From positions 1 through 30,027 of IMG/VR virus record IMGVR_UViG_3300020044_005872: 30,027 nucleotides of DNA; one strand, 5' to 3'. Below the pieces are notes generated by a model, which saw only the letters and a program-made list of their open reading frames with translations, ran no database searches and had not been told where the DNA came from. The position numbers and the translations under genes are program-made. Positions 14,478 through 25,038 of the stretch are shown in pieces (the first letter of the stretch is position 1; every line of letters starts with the position of its first letter). The stretch is from a virus. Taxonomy: Duplodnaviria; Caudoviricetes.

Positions 14478-16741
14478 TTACATTTTTATCACAACCCAAT
14501 ACGATTGAACCAGTTTATGGAAACTTGGTTTTTCAATTTTCATCAACAGCCGCAACTGACCCCACATTATACAGATATAGATATGTGGTAAATGTTTTTA
14601 CACAAGACGGGGAAGTAGCACAACTAAAGATTACACCTTCAACTGAAGGTTGGGGGCAGTGTGATTTATCCCCAATTTTAATGAATTACACACACTCAAA
14701 ACCTGTGAATGTAGGTTGTAGTGGTGCGACCCCATTACACCAAGCAGCGTGGGGTGTATTAAGTGATAATATGATTAACTACTCCATTATGGTAGGTGAA
14801 GAATACGCAACGACACCTGATGGAGTTTTGACCCTTTACGATGGTGAAGGTAATGTCGGTGTCCCTGTGGTTAGAGGTAATGTCTGTTTCGCATACAACG
14901 GGGTAAAGGAATGGTTTAATGGTAAGAATTACAATTTCAATCCATTCTTACTTACAGGTTCAACAACCTTCAATTCAGGGGTTGATAGATTTATGACGAA
15001 CTCCCCTCGTAGTAGATGGATTAGAACGGGGGACTATATGACCTTGGCTGCTCTTAACTGGTTTGATGTTGAGGGTGATGTTAATTCAAGACAGGTGTAT
15101 TCAGCCTTGTTTAAGTTCTATGATGAGGGTAATAATTTAATCCAATCTTCAAGGACTTATAATGTGGAAAGTTTGTGTGGAACAAGACCATTCTGTAATT
15201 ACTACGACCACTTTTGGACTAACCCAACCAACTTCGCAGAGGAGCAGGTAATCTACTTGGGGGTTGGTGTCCCGAACATTACATCGCACGGCATCGTATT
15301 CCCTGATGATGTAAAATACTACTCTGTAGAACTTGAAGCCACCTTAAACCAACCTACCCCACCTGCTCCTGAAATTGATGAGTTTGATGGTTGTTCTTGT
15401 TATAACTACCAGTTGTATAACCCCTCATTAGAGGCACAAATCATCATAGATTACTTGGATTGTTTGGGTGATGAGCAAACCCTAACGATTAACCCTGAAA
15501 CTTTTGGTAATTGGTGTGCGTGCCAGAACACCAATACATTTGTTTCATCACCAACATATTCAATTACGGGAACGGGTTATTGTAATGCGTGTGTATGTAA
15601 GACCTACAGAGTGGCAAACAGCGACCCTGATTTCCCTGCGTTATTTACTTACACATCTTGTAGTGGTTCAACAGAAACGGGTTCAGTCCCTGCTGATGAC
15701 TTCGTAGATGTATGTGCGTGTGAAGGGACGATTGAAGCACCAGGATTGTTTGTATCTTTATTGGGTGATTGTCCTTTACCATTTAGTGCGGACTGCCATA
15801 ACTTCGGTGTATCCACAAGTGTTGGATATGTCTTACCAATCACCTTTACGGGTTGTTGTGGAACGGAACAAACCATTAACATTCCTCCTGGCGTAGGGGT
15901 GATAGTTAAAGCAAATAACCCATTCCCAACTTCTGTTCTATGGACTGCGGTTGATTTGGGTTCAACACCTGTGGGTGTATGTCCCCCAATTATACCACCA
16001 ACACCTCCATTTACCGCAGATACGGGAACAGCAATCGTTGGTAGAAACTTGTGTGATAATACCCTAATGTATTTCTTGTATTCGGGTGAAACAATTGCTC
16101 AAGGTCAATATTTCAACTATGAAGATGACCCTTACCTATTTGAAACTTTAGGTGGTGGTGGATTAGTTCCGTTGAATGTCCCTTACATTTTTGATAGTGA
16201 AGCGGAGGTATTATCTGCGTTTCCTTGTCCTACATTTGCTGGTGATTTGTGTTTAGAAACCACCATTATCAGCGAACCATTCTTTTTCTACCTTGATGGT
16301 GAATGCTCACCTGGTGATAGATTGATTTACTTTATGAGTAAGTTTGGAACTTGGGAGACCTACAACTTTAGAGCAAGAGAAGATGTTGGTTATTCAACGA
16401 ATAAGGAGGTTTTACAGACCGCTCCTGAACTCTATAGTCAAGGTTGGGACACTCCGTCATACAACGGGTGGAATAGTCAAAGAAGAGTATGGTATAACAA
16501 GGTGGCAAAGTCAGGTGTTCTTTACACGGACTATATGCCTCAAGGTGAAATGTTATGGTTGAGTGAGGAGTTATTCCAATCCCCATCTGTGTATATGGTA
16601 AATGACGAGGGTTATTTAGAACCAATCGTAATAACCAATACGGAGGTTGTGATGCCTAATTACCAAATCAATTCAAACAAATACCAAATCAGTATTGAAT
16701 ATAAATCATCTTACGATACGATAAGACAAAACCAAGAATAA
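14474..16741 (+). CDS. Tail-tip/distal tail-like structural protein with a Cys-rich insertion
   Basis: C-terminal YFMSKFGTWETYNF...LYTDYM...EELFQSPSVY core; central Cys-rich repeats. Confidence 0.6.
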   Translation: MITFLSQPNTIEPVYGNLVFQFSSTAATDPTLYRYRYVVNVFTQDGEVAQLKITPSTEGWGQCDLSPILMNYTHSKPVNVGCSGATPLHQAAWGVLSDNMINYSIMVGEEYATTPDGVLTLYDGEGNVGVPVVRGNVCFAYNGVKEWFNGKNYNFNPFLLTGSTTFNSGVDRFMTNSPRSRWIRTGDYMTLAALNWFDVEGDVNSRQVYSALFKFYDEGNNLIQSSRTYNVESLCGTRPFCNYYDHFWTNPTNFAEEQVIYLGVGVPNITSHGIVFPDDVKYYSVELEATLNQPTPPAPEIDEFDGCSCYNYQLYNPSLEAQIIIDYLDCLGDEQTLTINPETFGNWCACQNTNTFVSSPTYSITGTGYCNACVCKTYRVANSDPDFPALFTYTSCSGSTETGSVPADDFVDVCACEGTIEAPGLFVSLLGDCPLPFSADCHNFGVSTSVGYVLPITFTGCCGTEQTINIPPGVGVIVKANNPFPTSVLWTAVDLGSTPVGVCPPIIPPTPPFTADTGTAIVGRNLCDNTLMYFLYSGETIAQGQYFNYEDDPYLFETLGGGGLVPLNVPYIFDSEAEVLSAFPCPTFAGDLCLETTIISEPFFFYLDGECSPGDRLIYFMSKFGTWETYNFRAREDVGYSTNKEVLQTAPELYSQGWDTPSYNGWNSQRRVWYNKVAKSGVLYTDYMPQGEMLWLSEELFQSPSVYMVNDEGYLEPIVITNTEVVMPNYQINSNKYQISIEYKSSYDTIRQNQE

Positions 16742-16742
16742 T

Positions 16743-19250
16743 ATGGTAGAATTGTGGCTTCAATCAAACATTACTGATGCTTGGATTTCGGTAGATGTTG
16801 ATAATTCTTTATCAATTTCCCTTAACAAAAGTTTTGAGGAGATAGAGGATTTTACAACAAGAAAATCTAACTTTACCAAGACATTTAATATCCCCCAAAC
16901 CAAACGAAACAACGACTTTTTTAAGAGTTGTTTTATGGTGAATAGTTCCAATTTCCAAGACGCAATCGTCGTAAATGGTGTGGTAAAGTATGGGGGTGCT
17001 GATGTATTCAACGGACAACTACGATTAAACAAAATCATCAACGACGCTAATGGTGGTTCGTATGAGGTGTTTATGACCGAGACCATACCTGACTTGTCTA
17101 TCAACCTACAGGAAATAAAACTTACCGATTTAGATTTTACCGATTTAACACACGAACTCAACTACGACAACATCGTATCAACCTGGTCTTACACAGGTGG
17201 TTCTTATTCAAACTATACGGGTTTAACGGGGACAATTCTATATCCGTTGGGACACTATGGTTATGACTTGAACCAGTATTACTCTTTGTTTAGTGCGGGG
17301 ACATTTGGTTTCACCTATAGTGGTAGTCCATTACCAACGACGCAATTTGCGATGTGGGTGAATGTAAAATATTTGATAGACCAAATGTTTAACAGAATAG
17401 GTTTTACCTATGAGAGTGATTTTTTTGATAGTGAGTATTTTACTGGTCTGTTTGCCTTGGCAAAGAACACAGACACGATGGGTGCCAGACAAGTATCAGG
17501 AAGCACCGATAATGCGAATGTCTTTAGGGCTACAGACAACAGAACCTACATAGATTTTGCTGATGGTAATTTTGATAATGCCTACTTCAAAGGGTTCATT
17601 TTACGAAATGAAGTAAATGACCCTCTAAACATATTTTCCCCATCGGTTTCATTCCAAAACAGAGGACACTTTTTTACCACAGCGGTTGCGGGTGAATATA
17701 AGTTTAAGTTTGGATTTGAGGCTGCGGTAAGGTTCAGTTATTTACCTGCGACATATTTGAATGTTGCGATTAAAGATGTTGATGACGGGACAATCTATGC
17801 CAAGATTGAAGCCCTTACCATTTTCAACTTATCGTCCCCCACACAATACGGGGACATTTACCTCAACGCCACAATACCTGCTGGTCGTAGGGTTGCTCTG
17901 TATTATTCACGAAATAACGGAGCAGGAGACCCCACCGCAGAATTGTATATTAACTCTGCGTATTGGGAGTTATGGACTTCACCGATTATCAACACATCAC
18001 AGAATGTTCTTTTACAAGACAACCTACCACAACAAGCATCTTGTTTGGACTTTTTTAAGGGGATTGTAGAACACTTTAACCTTGTGGTTATACCTACAGC
18101 TGAAAAGAGCGTTTCCATTCAATCTTGGAACGATTATTTCAGTTCAGGTAGGGTATTGGATTGGAGCCAGAAATTAGATATTTCAAGTTCATATACCCTT
18201 GAACCTACCAACACATTACAGAAAGAATACATCTTGGAGTTTAGAGATAGTGATGACTATTTGTCTTGGTTGAATAAGAACAACCGAAACCAACAATTCG
18301 GGACATACCGATATATTGATACGGCACCATTCCATCGGGGTATAATCACACAAACATCATTCTTCCAACCATTACCGATTTCTACCTACGACAATCAAAC
18401 TGAAAGTAATATCCTAATCCCCCATCTTTATAATTGGGTTTCTAACGCATCTACGATTGAAGGTCAGGCACAACCTACAGGTAGTGAATTAAGATTGGGT
18501 TGGTTTCAAGGTATGTTAGATGCTACGATTGAGGGGAGCCCTGTTGATATTTGGATTTTGAGTGGTATTACCGCAGTCCCACATTCAACCTATCCCGCAA
18601 TATCACACCTGTCGTCGTATGAATATTCAGCATCAACATTTAGTGATTTGAACTATGGTAATCAGTATGACTTCTGGCAAGCACCGAATGATACTTATGT
18701 TGGATTTACCACACACGATGTGTATAACGATTTTTGGGCTGGTAGATTTACACAACTCTACGAGGTTGATACAAAGATATTTCAGGGTAGTTTCAAACTC
18801 ACTCCTGAAGAAATTAAAGACATTCAATTTAACGACAAGGTATATTTCCAAGAAGCATATTGGAGGTTGTATGAAATGAGTGATGCGGACATTACCGACT
18901 TGTCTTTGGTTGAGTGTAAGTTCATAAAATTACCTTATGATTTATCCCCTGTGGATTTAATACCCCCAACTTACGAACAATCTGTATCACCAGTTATTCC
19001 TACTCCTACAGGAACGACTTATCAACATTTGTTCTATAGTGATACTTCAACTCTGTTAATGTGTAATGAGACGGCACCGATTTACCCATACTGGTCTAAC
19101 TGCTCTACCATAAGTGCGGGTTGTTCTTTATACACCACAAGTGGAGCAACCACTTATGTAAGTGAAGGAACACTCGTTAAGGAAACGGGTAGTAATAGTA
19201 TTTATCAAATAATAGAATATGGTATTCTAACAAATCTAACCACTTGTTAA
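16743..19250 (+). CDS. Tail-tip/baseplate hub-like structural protein
   Basis: N-terminal IEDFTTRKSNFTKTFNIPQTKRNN motif; DFFKGIVEHFNL; adjacent to the tape measure gene. Confidence 0.65.
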   Translation: MVELWLQSNITDAWISVDVDNSLSISLNKSFEEIEDFTTRKSNFTKTFNIPQTKRNNDFFKSCFMVNSSNFQDAIVVNGVVKYGGADVFNGQLRLNKIINDANGGSYEVFMTETIPDLSINLQEIKLTDLDFTDLTHELNYDNIVSTWSYTGGSYSNYTGLTGTILYPLGHYGYDLNQYYSLFSAGTFGFTYSGSPLPTTQFAMWVNVKYLIDQMFNRIGFTYESDFFDSEYFTGLFALAKNTDTMGARQVSGSTDNANVFRATDNRTYIDFADGNFDNAYFKGFILRNEVNDPLNIFSPSVSFQNRGHFFTTAVAGEYKFKFGFEAAVRFSYLPATYLNVAIKDVDDGTIYAKIEALTIFNLSSPTQYGDIYLNATIPAGRRVALYYSRNNGAGDPTAELYINSAYWELWTSPIINTSQNVLLQDNLPQQASCLDFFKGIVEHFNLVVIPTAEKSVSIQSWNDYFSSGRVLDWSQKLDISSSYTLEPTNTLQKEYILEFRDSDDYLSWLNKNNRNQQFGTYRYIDTAPFHRGIITQTSFFQPLPISTYDNQTESNILIPHLYNWVSNASTIEGQAQPTGSELRLGWFQGMLDATIEGSPVDIWILSGITAVPHSTYPAISHLSSYEYSASTFSDLNYGNQYDFWQAPNDTYVGFTTHDVYNDFWAGRFTQLYEVDTKIFQGSFKLTPEEIKDIQFNDKVYFQEAYWRLYEMSDADITDLSLVECKFIKLPYDLSPVDLIPPTYEQSVSPVIPTPTGTTYQHLFYSDTSTLLMCNETAPIYPYWSNCSTISAGCSLYTTSGATTYVSEGTLVKETGSNSIYQIIEYGILTNLTTC

Positions 19251-19262
19251 TAGAAGAAAAAT

Positions 19263-22200
19263 ATGGCTAAAGAAATAGCGTTAAGTATTAAGGTAAATGT
19301 TAATGGAACTGAAAAGGTAATTTCCAACATTCAAGACACGGAAAATGCGGTAAGAGCATTAAGAGAAGAACTGGCAACCACCTCCTTTGGGAGTGCTAGA
19401 TTTGATGCTATAACAAACGACTTACAGAAACTCCGTGCTCAACTTGAAAATGTGGATAAAGCCACAGAAGGTTTGGGGGTTGAAAAAAGATTAAGAGCAA
19501 TCAACGACGCCACAAACTTATTAACAGGTTCGTTTTCTTTATTAACAGGAGCACTCACTTTGGCATCGGCAAACGAGGAGGACTTGATAAAGGTTCAACA
19601 AGCCGAAGCAAAGGCGATGGCTGCCGTCAATATTGTATTGGGGGTAAGAGCTATTGGTGAAGGACTTTTGGAAAGTAGAGTTCTTCGTCGTGAGGCGGCA
19701 GAAAAAGCATCAATCGTCACTAGCAAGATTTATATTGGGACAGCCAAAAGTATATCAGCAACCCTCAAGGCAGTTGGTATTAACGCAGGGGTCGCATCTA
19801 CAGGTGTAAGAGCATTAACATCAGCGTTATTTGCTTTGGGTATTCCTGCTTTGATTGCTGGTTTGGGTCTATTGTATGAGTATCTTACCGACACCAACGA
19901 AGCGTTAGAGAGTAAGGCACCGATGACCGCAAAGGAATATTACGATGAACTTTCTAAAACTATTGATGAGTTTAATACAAAACAACAAGTCAATCTTGAG
20001 AACTTTAAGGCATCAGGGGCTAGTGAAAAAGAAGTATTGGAACAGAGGGTTAGAAATACTCAATCCTCTTATGATAAGTTAAATCAGGCTAATAATGATT
20101 TATGGAACAAATACGCACAATTAACAGGTGAGGCAGCTAGAAATGAAGATGGTTTTTTCTTCAAATCAAAAACTAACTATCTAAATCAAGCAAAGGTTGT
20201 TAAGGCAAGTATTGATAAAATTACTCAAGATTTAACCAAGGCTGATACTGAAAGAAAAAATGCTGAAAAAGACCTTACCGATTTCACCACAAAACAGGAA
20301 GAAGAAAGAGCTAAAAAAGCTAAAGAAGCCGCTGATAAAATCAAAGCAATTAAATTAAAAGACATTCAAGATAGATTAGCAATTCAGTTAAAATATATTG
20401 AATATCTTAAGGGTTTGGGTGATACTGAAGTAAAGGTTGAGGCTGATGTTATTGAAAAGGTAAAACAAGTAATCGCAGACCAAAATCAGTTATTAGAATT
20501 AAGAGCCAAGAACGCTCAATCCGCCAAGGAAAAATTGGAGGAAGAATTGAAGATTGACTTGTTTAAGGTCATTCCAAAAGAGGACGAAAAGAAGTTATTT
20601 CTTGATACATTCTTAACCATCTTTACCACACTCAACAAAGAACTTGAGGCTGGTAATACTGAAATATTAGCGGGAACAAACAAGACATTAGACCAGTTGG
20701 TAGAATTGGCTATTAAGATTAAACAGGCTGACCCGTTGAGTTCAATTACAAGTGATGCTGGTTTAACTCAATTAGAAGAGTATTCTAAACGCAGCAAACG
20801 AATTGGTGAAATCAACGAGGAGCTCGGTAAAACATTCACAGGGACATTTGATGAAATGGCGTCGCACGCTATGAAGACGATGGTATTGAGGGAGGAGTTA
20901 GATAAATTAAAGAAAGAACAGGATAAGTTATTCACAGAAGAAGGTAGAAAATCTTTGGTGAATTACTTTAATACTTTTACTCAATACGCAAAGGAATTAT
21001 CAAGTAAAAACCTCAAGGCACTATTCCAAATTGAAATTAGTGAGGGGGACGCTTTGAAAGCACTACAGAATGTAGTAAATAAAGCACAGGACATTTTAGA
21101 GAATGAAACCATCTTACCAGGTGATTTACCCCGTGTTTTAGCAGACAGAGTTGTTGATGAGTTAAAAACTCTTGGATTGGTTTATAAATCAACCGCAGGA
21201 TTGAATGAAGTTGCCAAGGCGGAAGCAGAGGCATACAACAAAAAACTTGAGGAGTTTGTGGGTGTATTGGTTCAACTCGGTATTACCTCGGCAAACACTC
21301 GTCTTGATGTTGCCAAAGTTGGTGAGGAATTAAAGACCCTTACCAAAACAAGTGAAGAAAACGAAAAGGCATTAAGAAGACAGGGTAAGACCTTGAACGA
21401 TGTATTGGATTTATCTGCTGCGGAGTTTGATAATGTTGCGGAGAAAATACGAACCGCCGCATCAGCAAGTCCTCAAGCATTTACAGAGTTCGTCCAAGAT
21501 TTAATCCAAAACACAGGTGCTGTTAGAGAGGTTGTTGATGAGACAGGTAATGTCGTTGTAAAAGGTGTTAAGGGAATTAGAGACCAGTATTTAGAGATTT
21601 TGTCCCCCGACCGATTGATTAAACTTTTACAAGAGGGAGCAAAGGGTCTTAAAGATGTTAATTTTGAAACTGAAAAAGACATCACCGATTTAATTACCAC
21701 ACTTACCAATTTAGAGTTAATGTTGGGGGATAGTATTACAACTACCATCAACAATATTGACGGGACTACAGAAGTGGTTGGTAGTGGATATGCTAATTTT
21801 GTTGATATTATTGAAGAACTTAAAAAGAAATTAAAAGAACTCCAAGAAGAAAACAAAGATACTGGTAAGAGTTTTGAGGAGATTTTTAGTGAGAGTAAGT
21901 TTAAGAAAATTGCGGATATGATATTATCCATCTTTACTGATTTATCACAAAGAATTAGTGATGTGTCTGCTCAACAATCTTCACTTATGTTGGAGAAATT
22001 AGAGTATGAAAAAGAAGAAACTTTAGCAAAAATCGGTGAGGCGAATACCAAGAGTGATAAGGAGAATAAGAAGATTTTGGAGGAAAGAGCCAAGATTGAA
22101 AAACAATATGCTAAAGACAAGTTTAACGCAGACAAAAATGCTAGAGTAAGCGAACTTCAATTTGGTTTAGCAAACGCAGTAGCACAATCGGCACAGGCTA

Positions 22201-22631
22201 TTATCAACACCTACGCAACATTACCAATCCCCGCAGCAATACCATTTTCATTATTGTTGGCGGGTATTACCATAGCACAGATTGCGACCATTAACGACCA
22301 ATTACAATTTACTAAATCTAAACAATTCATAGGAAGACGAGGCGGACTTATACAGGGCAATACACACGAAGACGGCGGTGTTCCTGCTTTACTTGAAGGT
22401 GGAGAGTTCGTGATGTCCCGTGCCGCTGTAGATACTTATGGAGATACTCTTGGAATGATGAACGCAAGTGTGGGTGCCCGTCCTTTAGCGATTGACGACA
22501 GCCGTATCGTCCAAGCAATCGCAAAACAAAATACATCTACAAAAGTTCCGTTAAAAACTTATGTTTTGTATAACGACATACAGAATACGGAAAAATTAAA
22601 TAATAAAATTGAGCAATTAGCACGACTATAA
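19263..22631 (+). CDS. Tail tape measure protein
   Basis: 1122 aa, Ala/Leu/Lys/Glu-rich helical with hydrophobic segments; C-terminal GGLIQGNTHEDGGV...EGGEFV motif. Confidence 0.88.
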   Translation: MAKEIALSIKVNVNGTEKVISNIQDTENAVRALREELATTSFGSARFDAITNDLQKLRAQLENVDKATEGLGVEKRLRAINDATNLLTGSFSLLTGALTLASANEEDLIKVQQAEAKAMAAVNIVLGVRAIGEGLLESRVLRREAAEKASIVTSKIYIGTAKSISATLKAVGINAGVASTGVRALTSALFALGIPALIAGLGLLYEYLTDTNEALESKAPMTAKEYYDELSKTIDEFNTKQQVNLENFKASGASEKEVLEQRVRNTQSSYDKLNQANNDLWNKYAQLTGEAARNEDGFFFKSKTNYLNQAKVVKASIDKITQDLTKADTERKNAEKDLTDFTTKQEEERAKKAKEAADKIKAIKLKDIQDRLAIQLKYIEYLKGLGDTEVKVEADVIEKVKQVIADQNQLLELRAKNAQSAKEKLEEELKIDLFKVIPKEDEKKLFLDTFLTIFTTLNKELEAGNTEILAGTNKTLDQLVELAIKIKQADPLSSITSDAGLTQLEEYSKRSKRIGEINEELGKTFTGTFDEMASHAMKTMVLREELDKLKKEQDKLFTEEGRKSLVNYFNTFTQYAKELSSKNLKALFQIEISEGDALKALQNVVNKAQDILENETILPGDLPRVLADRVVDELKTLGLVYKSTAGLNEVAKAEAEAYNKKLEEFVGVLVQLGITSANTRLDVAKVGEELKTLTKTSEENEKALRRQGKTLNDVLDLSAAEFDNVAEKIRTAASASPQAFTEFVQDLIQNTGAVREVVDETGNVVVKGVKGIRDQYLEILSPDRLIKLLQEGAKGLKDVNFETEKDITDLITTLTNLELMLGDSITTTINNIDGTTEVVGSGYANFVDIIEELKKKLKELQEENKDTGKSFEEIFSESKFKKIADMILSIFTDLSQRISDVSAQQSSLMLEKLEYEKEETLAKIGEANTKSDKENKKILEERAKIEKQYAKDKFNADKNARVSELQFGLANAVAQSAQAIINTYATLPIPAAIPFSLLLAGITIAQIATINDQLQFTKSKQFIGRRGGLIQGNTHEDGGVPALLEGGEFVMSRAAVDTYGDTLGMMNASVGARPLAIDDSRIVQAIAKQNTSTKVPLKTYVLYNDIQNTEKLNNKIEQLARL

Positions 22632-22632
22632 A

Positions 22633-24993
22633 ATGAGGGTTTTTGAACTTTTAATTGACGACGAAGACGATATTTCAGGAATTGAAAAATTATCCATCGT
22701 GAAATCACCTGCGACACAAATGTCGTGGGAAATCTTCAACAATAAATTACCACATCAGGAATGTTTTTTTGAGGAAGATATTAACCCCGATTTATTGGGA
22801 GTAATTGATAATTACGGAACGGAACTTACACCAGACCTTTTAGAAGGTGTTGAGGTAATGGAGATTGAAGAATACAACCATAAGTTCTATTCAGTATCAT
22901 CTACCCCCAACAGAAAAGACCCTCTAAACGATTTATCTTTGGATAGTATCACAAGATATATCTATGTGATAGATAGTGGTGCTGGTAGTGTCCTAAAACC
23001 TGAAAGCAGACAATTCTGTCGTAAAATGATAGGTGCTGGTCGTGTGTATTCACGAGCTGATTTAGAGCGTATCAGTAATGAAATTGCTAGTGATAGTAAT
23101 ACCTTCAAAATTATACCTCGTCCAAAGTCAATTCCTGATGTTGATGTGTATAACTTCAAAGGTGGCAAAAATTGTTATCATCGCTATAAAGCGTTAGTTT
23201 TCAACTTGAAGGAGGGGGAAACTTACGAACAATTATTGGCTCGTATCCCAAGTCAAGCAGCTCGTGGAGTTGGTATGGCAGATGTGGTATATGAGGGAAG
23301 TGATAGACCATTCTTGAGTGAGGCATTACACTACAATATGTCCTCACAAAATGAGTTCAAGGCAAACAATTTCTTTATGGGATTATTCTACTATCCGTCC
23401 GTTATGGCGGCGTTGGTAAATGAACCCGCAGTCCGTCATTTCACAAAGGTAAAGTTTTGTGGATATGAAGGCTGGTGTCCTATGTATATCGGTGATGAAT
23501 ACTTTGAAGGTAAAGCATCGGTAATTGATAGATTTGAGGTTAGAGAAAAGTTTGAAGTCCCCACCCAAGAAATCCAAGAAATCGGTAAAAGGGTTGTTAA
23601 ATGGACTGAAGAAAATGGTTGGGGAGATTGTGGAACTGCTGTGGGTAAGACCAGAGCAAACCAACTCGCTAATGGTGATAATCTATCCCTTGAAACGATT
23701 ACCCGTATGTATTCGTATCTGTCCCGTCATAAAGTAGATTTGGAGAGTTCAACATCTTATGAAGACGGGTGTGGAAAACTTATGTATGATAGTTGGGGTG
23801 GAGAACCTGCTTTGGAGTGGAGTAAAAGAATTGTAGAAAGAGCATCACAAAAAGAGCAAACATTCGCTGTTAATAATTACAAAGGTGAAATCACCGCCGT
23901 AGTATTTGAACCTGATACATACATCTACAGATTTAGTGAGGGTAAATCCTACTATGTGTTTATGTCCGCAGAGACCATCAAGAAGGCTCTTATGAAAGTG
24001 TCCCGTTTGAAAGAAATGGGAAAACTTACCAACCTCATCAACCTTGAGCATAGTGATTATGTATTCAGCGCTGAAGATGTTTATACCTACGAAAACTGGT
24101 TGGTAGGTGAAAATCCAAAGGAGGATAAGTCATACCAAATCTTCGGTCAGGAAATGAAACCTGGCACTTGGATTACCACCATCGCATTTAAGGACAAAGA
24201 AATCTTTGAAAAGTATGTGTTGTCTAACGCTACTACTGGTATTAGTTTGGAGGGTTTTTTCCAAGAAGTCCCATTTAATTTTGGTGATGTTTCCCGTGAA
24301 AGTTTTGTTGAACCAAGAGCTGGTGAAAGTCAGGACGATTTCATTTCAAGATGTATCCCCGTGTTAATTGGTGAGGGTAAAACTCAAGACCAAGCTGCGG
24401 GAGCGTGTTATGGTATGTGGGGTCAAAAGATGGAGGTTGAAATCAACGAAGATAAGGAAATGGTTGATGGTGTAATTGACTTACTATTGAAGGTTGAAGA
24501 CCTTGAAAATAGAACAGAAATTGCTAAAGAAATTATCAGGGATTTTGCTTTGGAAGGTGTATCGTATGATTACGATGATTTCTTAAGAAGAGTTGGATTG
24601 GTTAATTTTGGTTTTGATTTTCCTGACGGAACTTGTTGGAGTGGATACGAGCCATACGGAACAAAAATCGTAGGTGGTAGAGAAGTTCCAAATTGTGTCC
24701 CGATTAAAGCATCAATTAACACAAATGGTATGACCCCTTACCTTACACCCAACGAAGATGAGTTGGAAACAAAAGAGGTCTTTGGATTTATCGGTGATAT
24801 AGGTGGGGCTCCCGCTTATTCAACGGAAAGTGGTGCCGATAGTAAGGCAAAAGAAATGGGTTGTGAAGGAACGCACTATATGGAAGGACAGGGATATTTC
24901 CCTTGTAAGACACATAAAGAGGCTGCAGACCTTTATCAATCACAAAAAATCTACGAGATGATTGTAGAAGTAATGAGTAATTACAAACAATAA
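22633..24993 (+). CDS. Multi-module prohead protein with an XkdF-like (S78-type) putative protease domain
   Basis: GIEKLSIVKSPA; YIYR...YYVFMSAETIKK...NLEH...ENWLV...GTW...GISLEGFF; directly precedes scaffold and capsid genes. Confidence 0.75.
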   Translation: MRVFELLIDDEDDISGIEKLSIVKSPATQMSWEIFNNKLPHQECFFEEDINPDLLGVIDNYGTELTPDLLEGVEVMEIEEYNHKFYSVSSTPNRKDPLNDLSLDSITRYIYVIDSGAGSVLKPESRQFCRKMIGAGRVYSRADLERISNEIASDSNTFKIIPRPKSIPDVDVYNFKGGKNCYHRYKALVFNLKEGETYEQLLARIPSQAARGVGMADVVYEGSDRPFLSEALHYNMSSQNEFKANNFFMGLFYYPSVMAALVNEPAVRHFTKVKFCGYEGWCPMYIGDEYFEGKASVIDRFEVREKFEVPTQEIQEIGKRVVKWTEENGWGDCGTAVGKTRANQLANGDNLSLETITRMYSYLSRHKVDLESSTSYEDGCGKLMYDSWGGEPALEWSKRIVERASQKEQTFAVNNYKGEITAVVFEPDTYIYRFSEGKSYYVFMSAETIKKALMKVSRLKEMGKLTNLINLEHSDYVFSAEDVYTYENWLVGENPKEDKSYQIFGQEMKPGTWITTIAFKDKEIFEKYVLSNATTGISLEGFFQEVPFNFGDVSRESFVEPRAGESQDDFISRCIPVLIGEGKTQDQAAGACYGMWGQKMEVEINEDKEMVDGVIDLLLKVEDLENRTEIAKEIIRDFALEGVSYDYDDFLRRVGLVNFGFDFPDGTCWSGYEPYGTKIVGGREVPNCVPIKASINTNGMTPYLTPNEDELETKEVFGFIGDIGGAPAYSTESGADSKAKEMGCEGTHYMEGQGYFPCKTHKEAADLYQSQKIYEMIVEVMSNYKQ

Positions 24994-25038
24994 ACTTTAA
25001 TAACATATTTATTAAGCAAATAAAAAATTATTTCAATT

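Noticed and set aside
11993-24051. Numerous 60-150 aa alternative-frame and minus-strand ORFs inside large structural genes
   Set aside because: They are fully nested, have no recognisable motifs or promoters, and show the composition expected of shadow frames.
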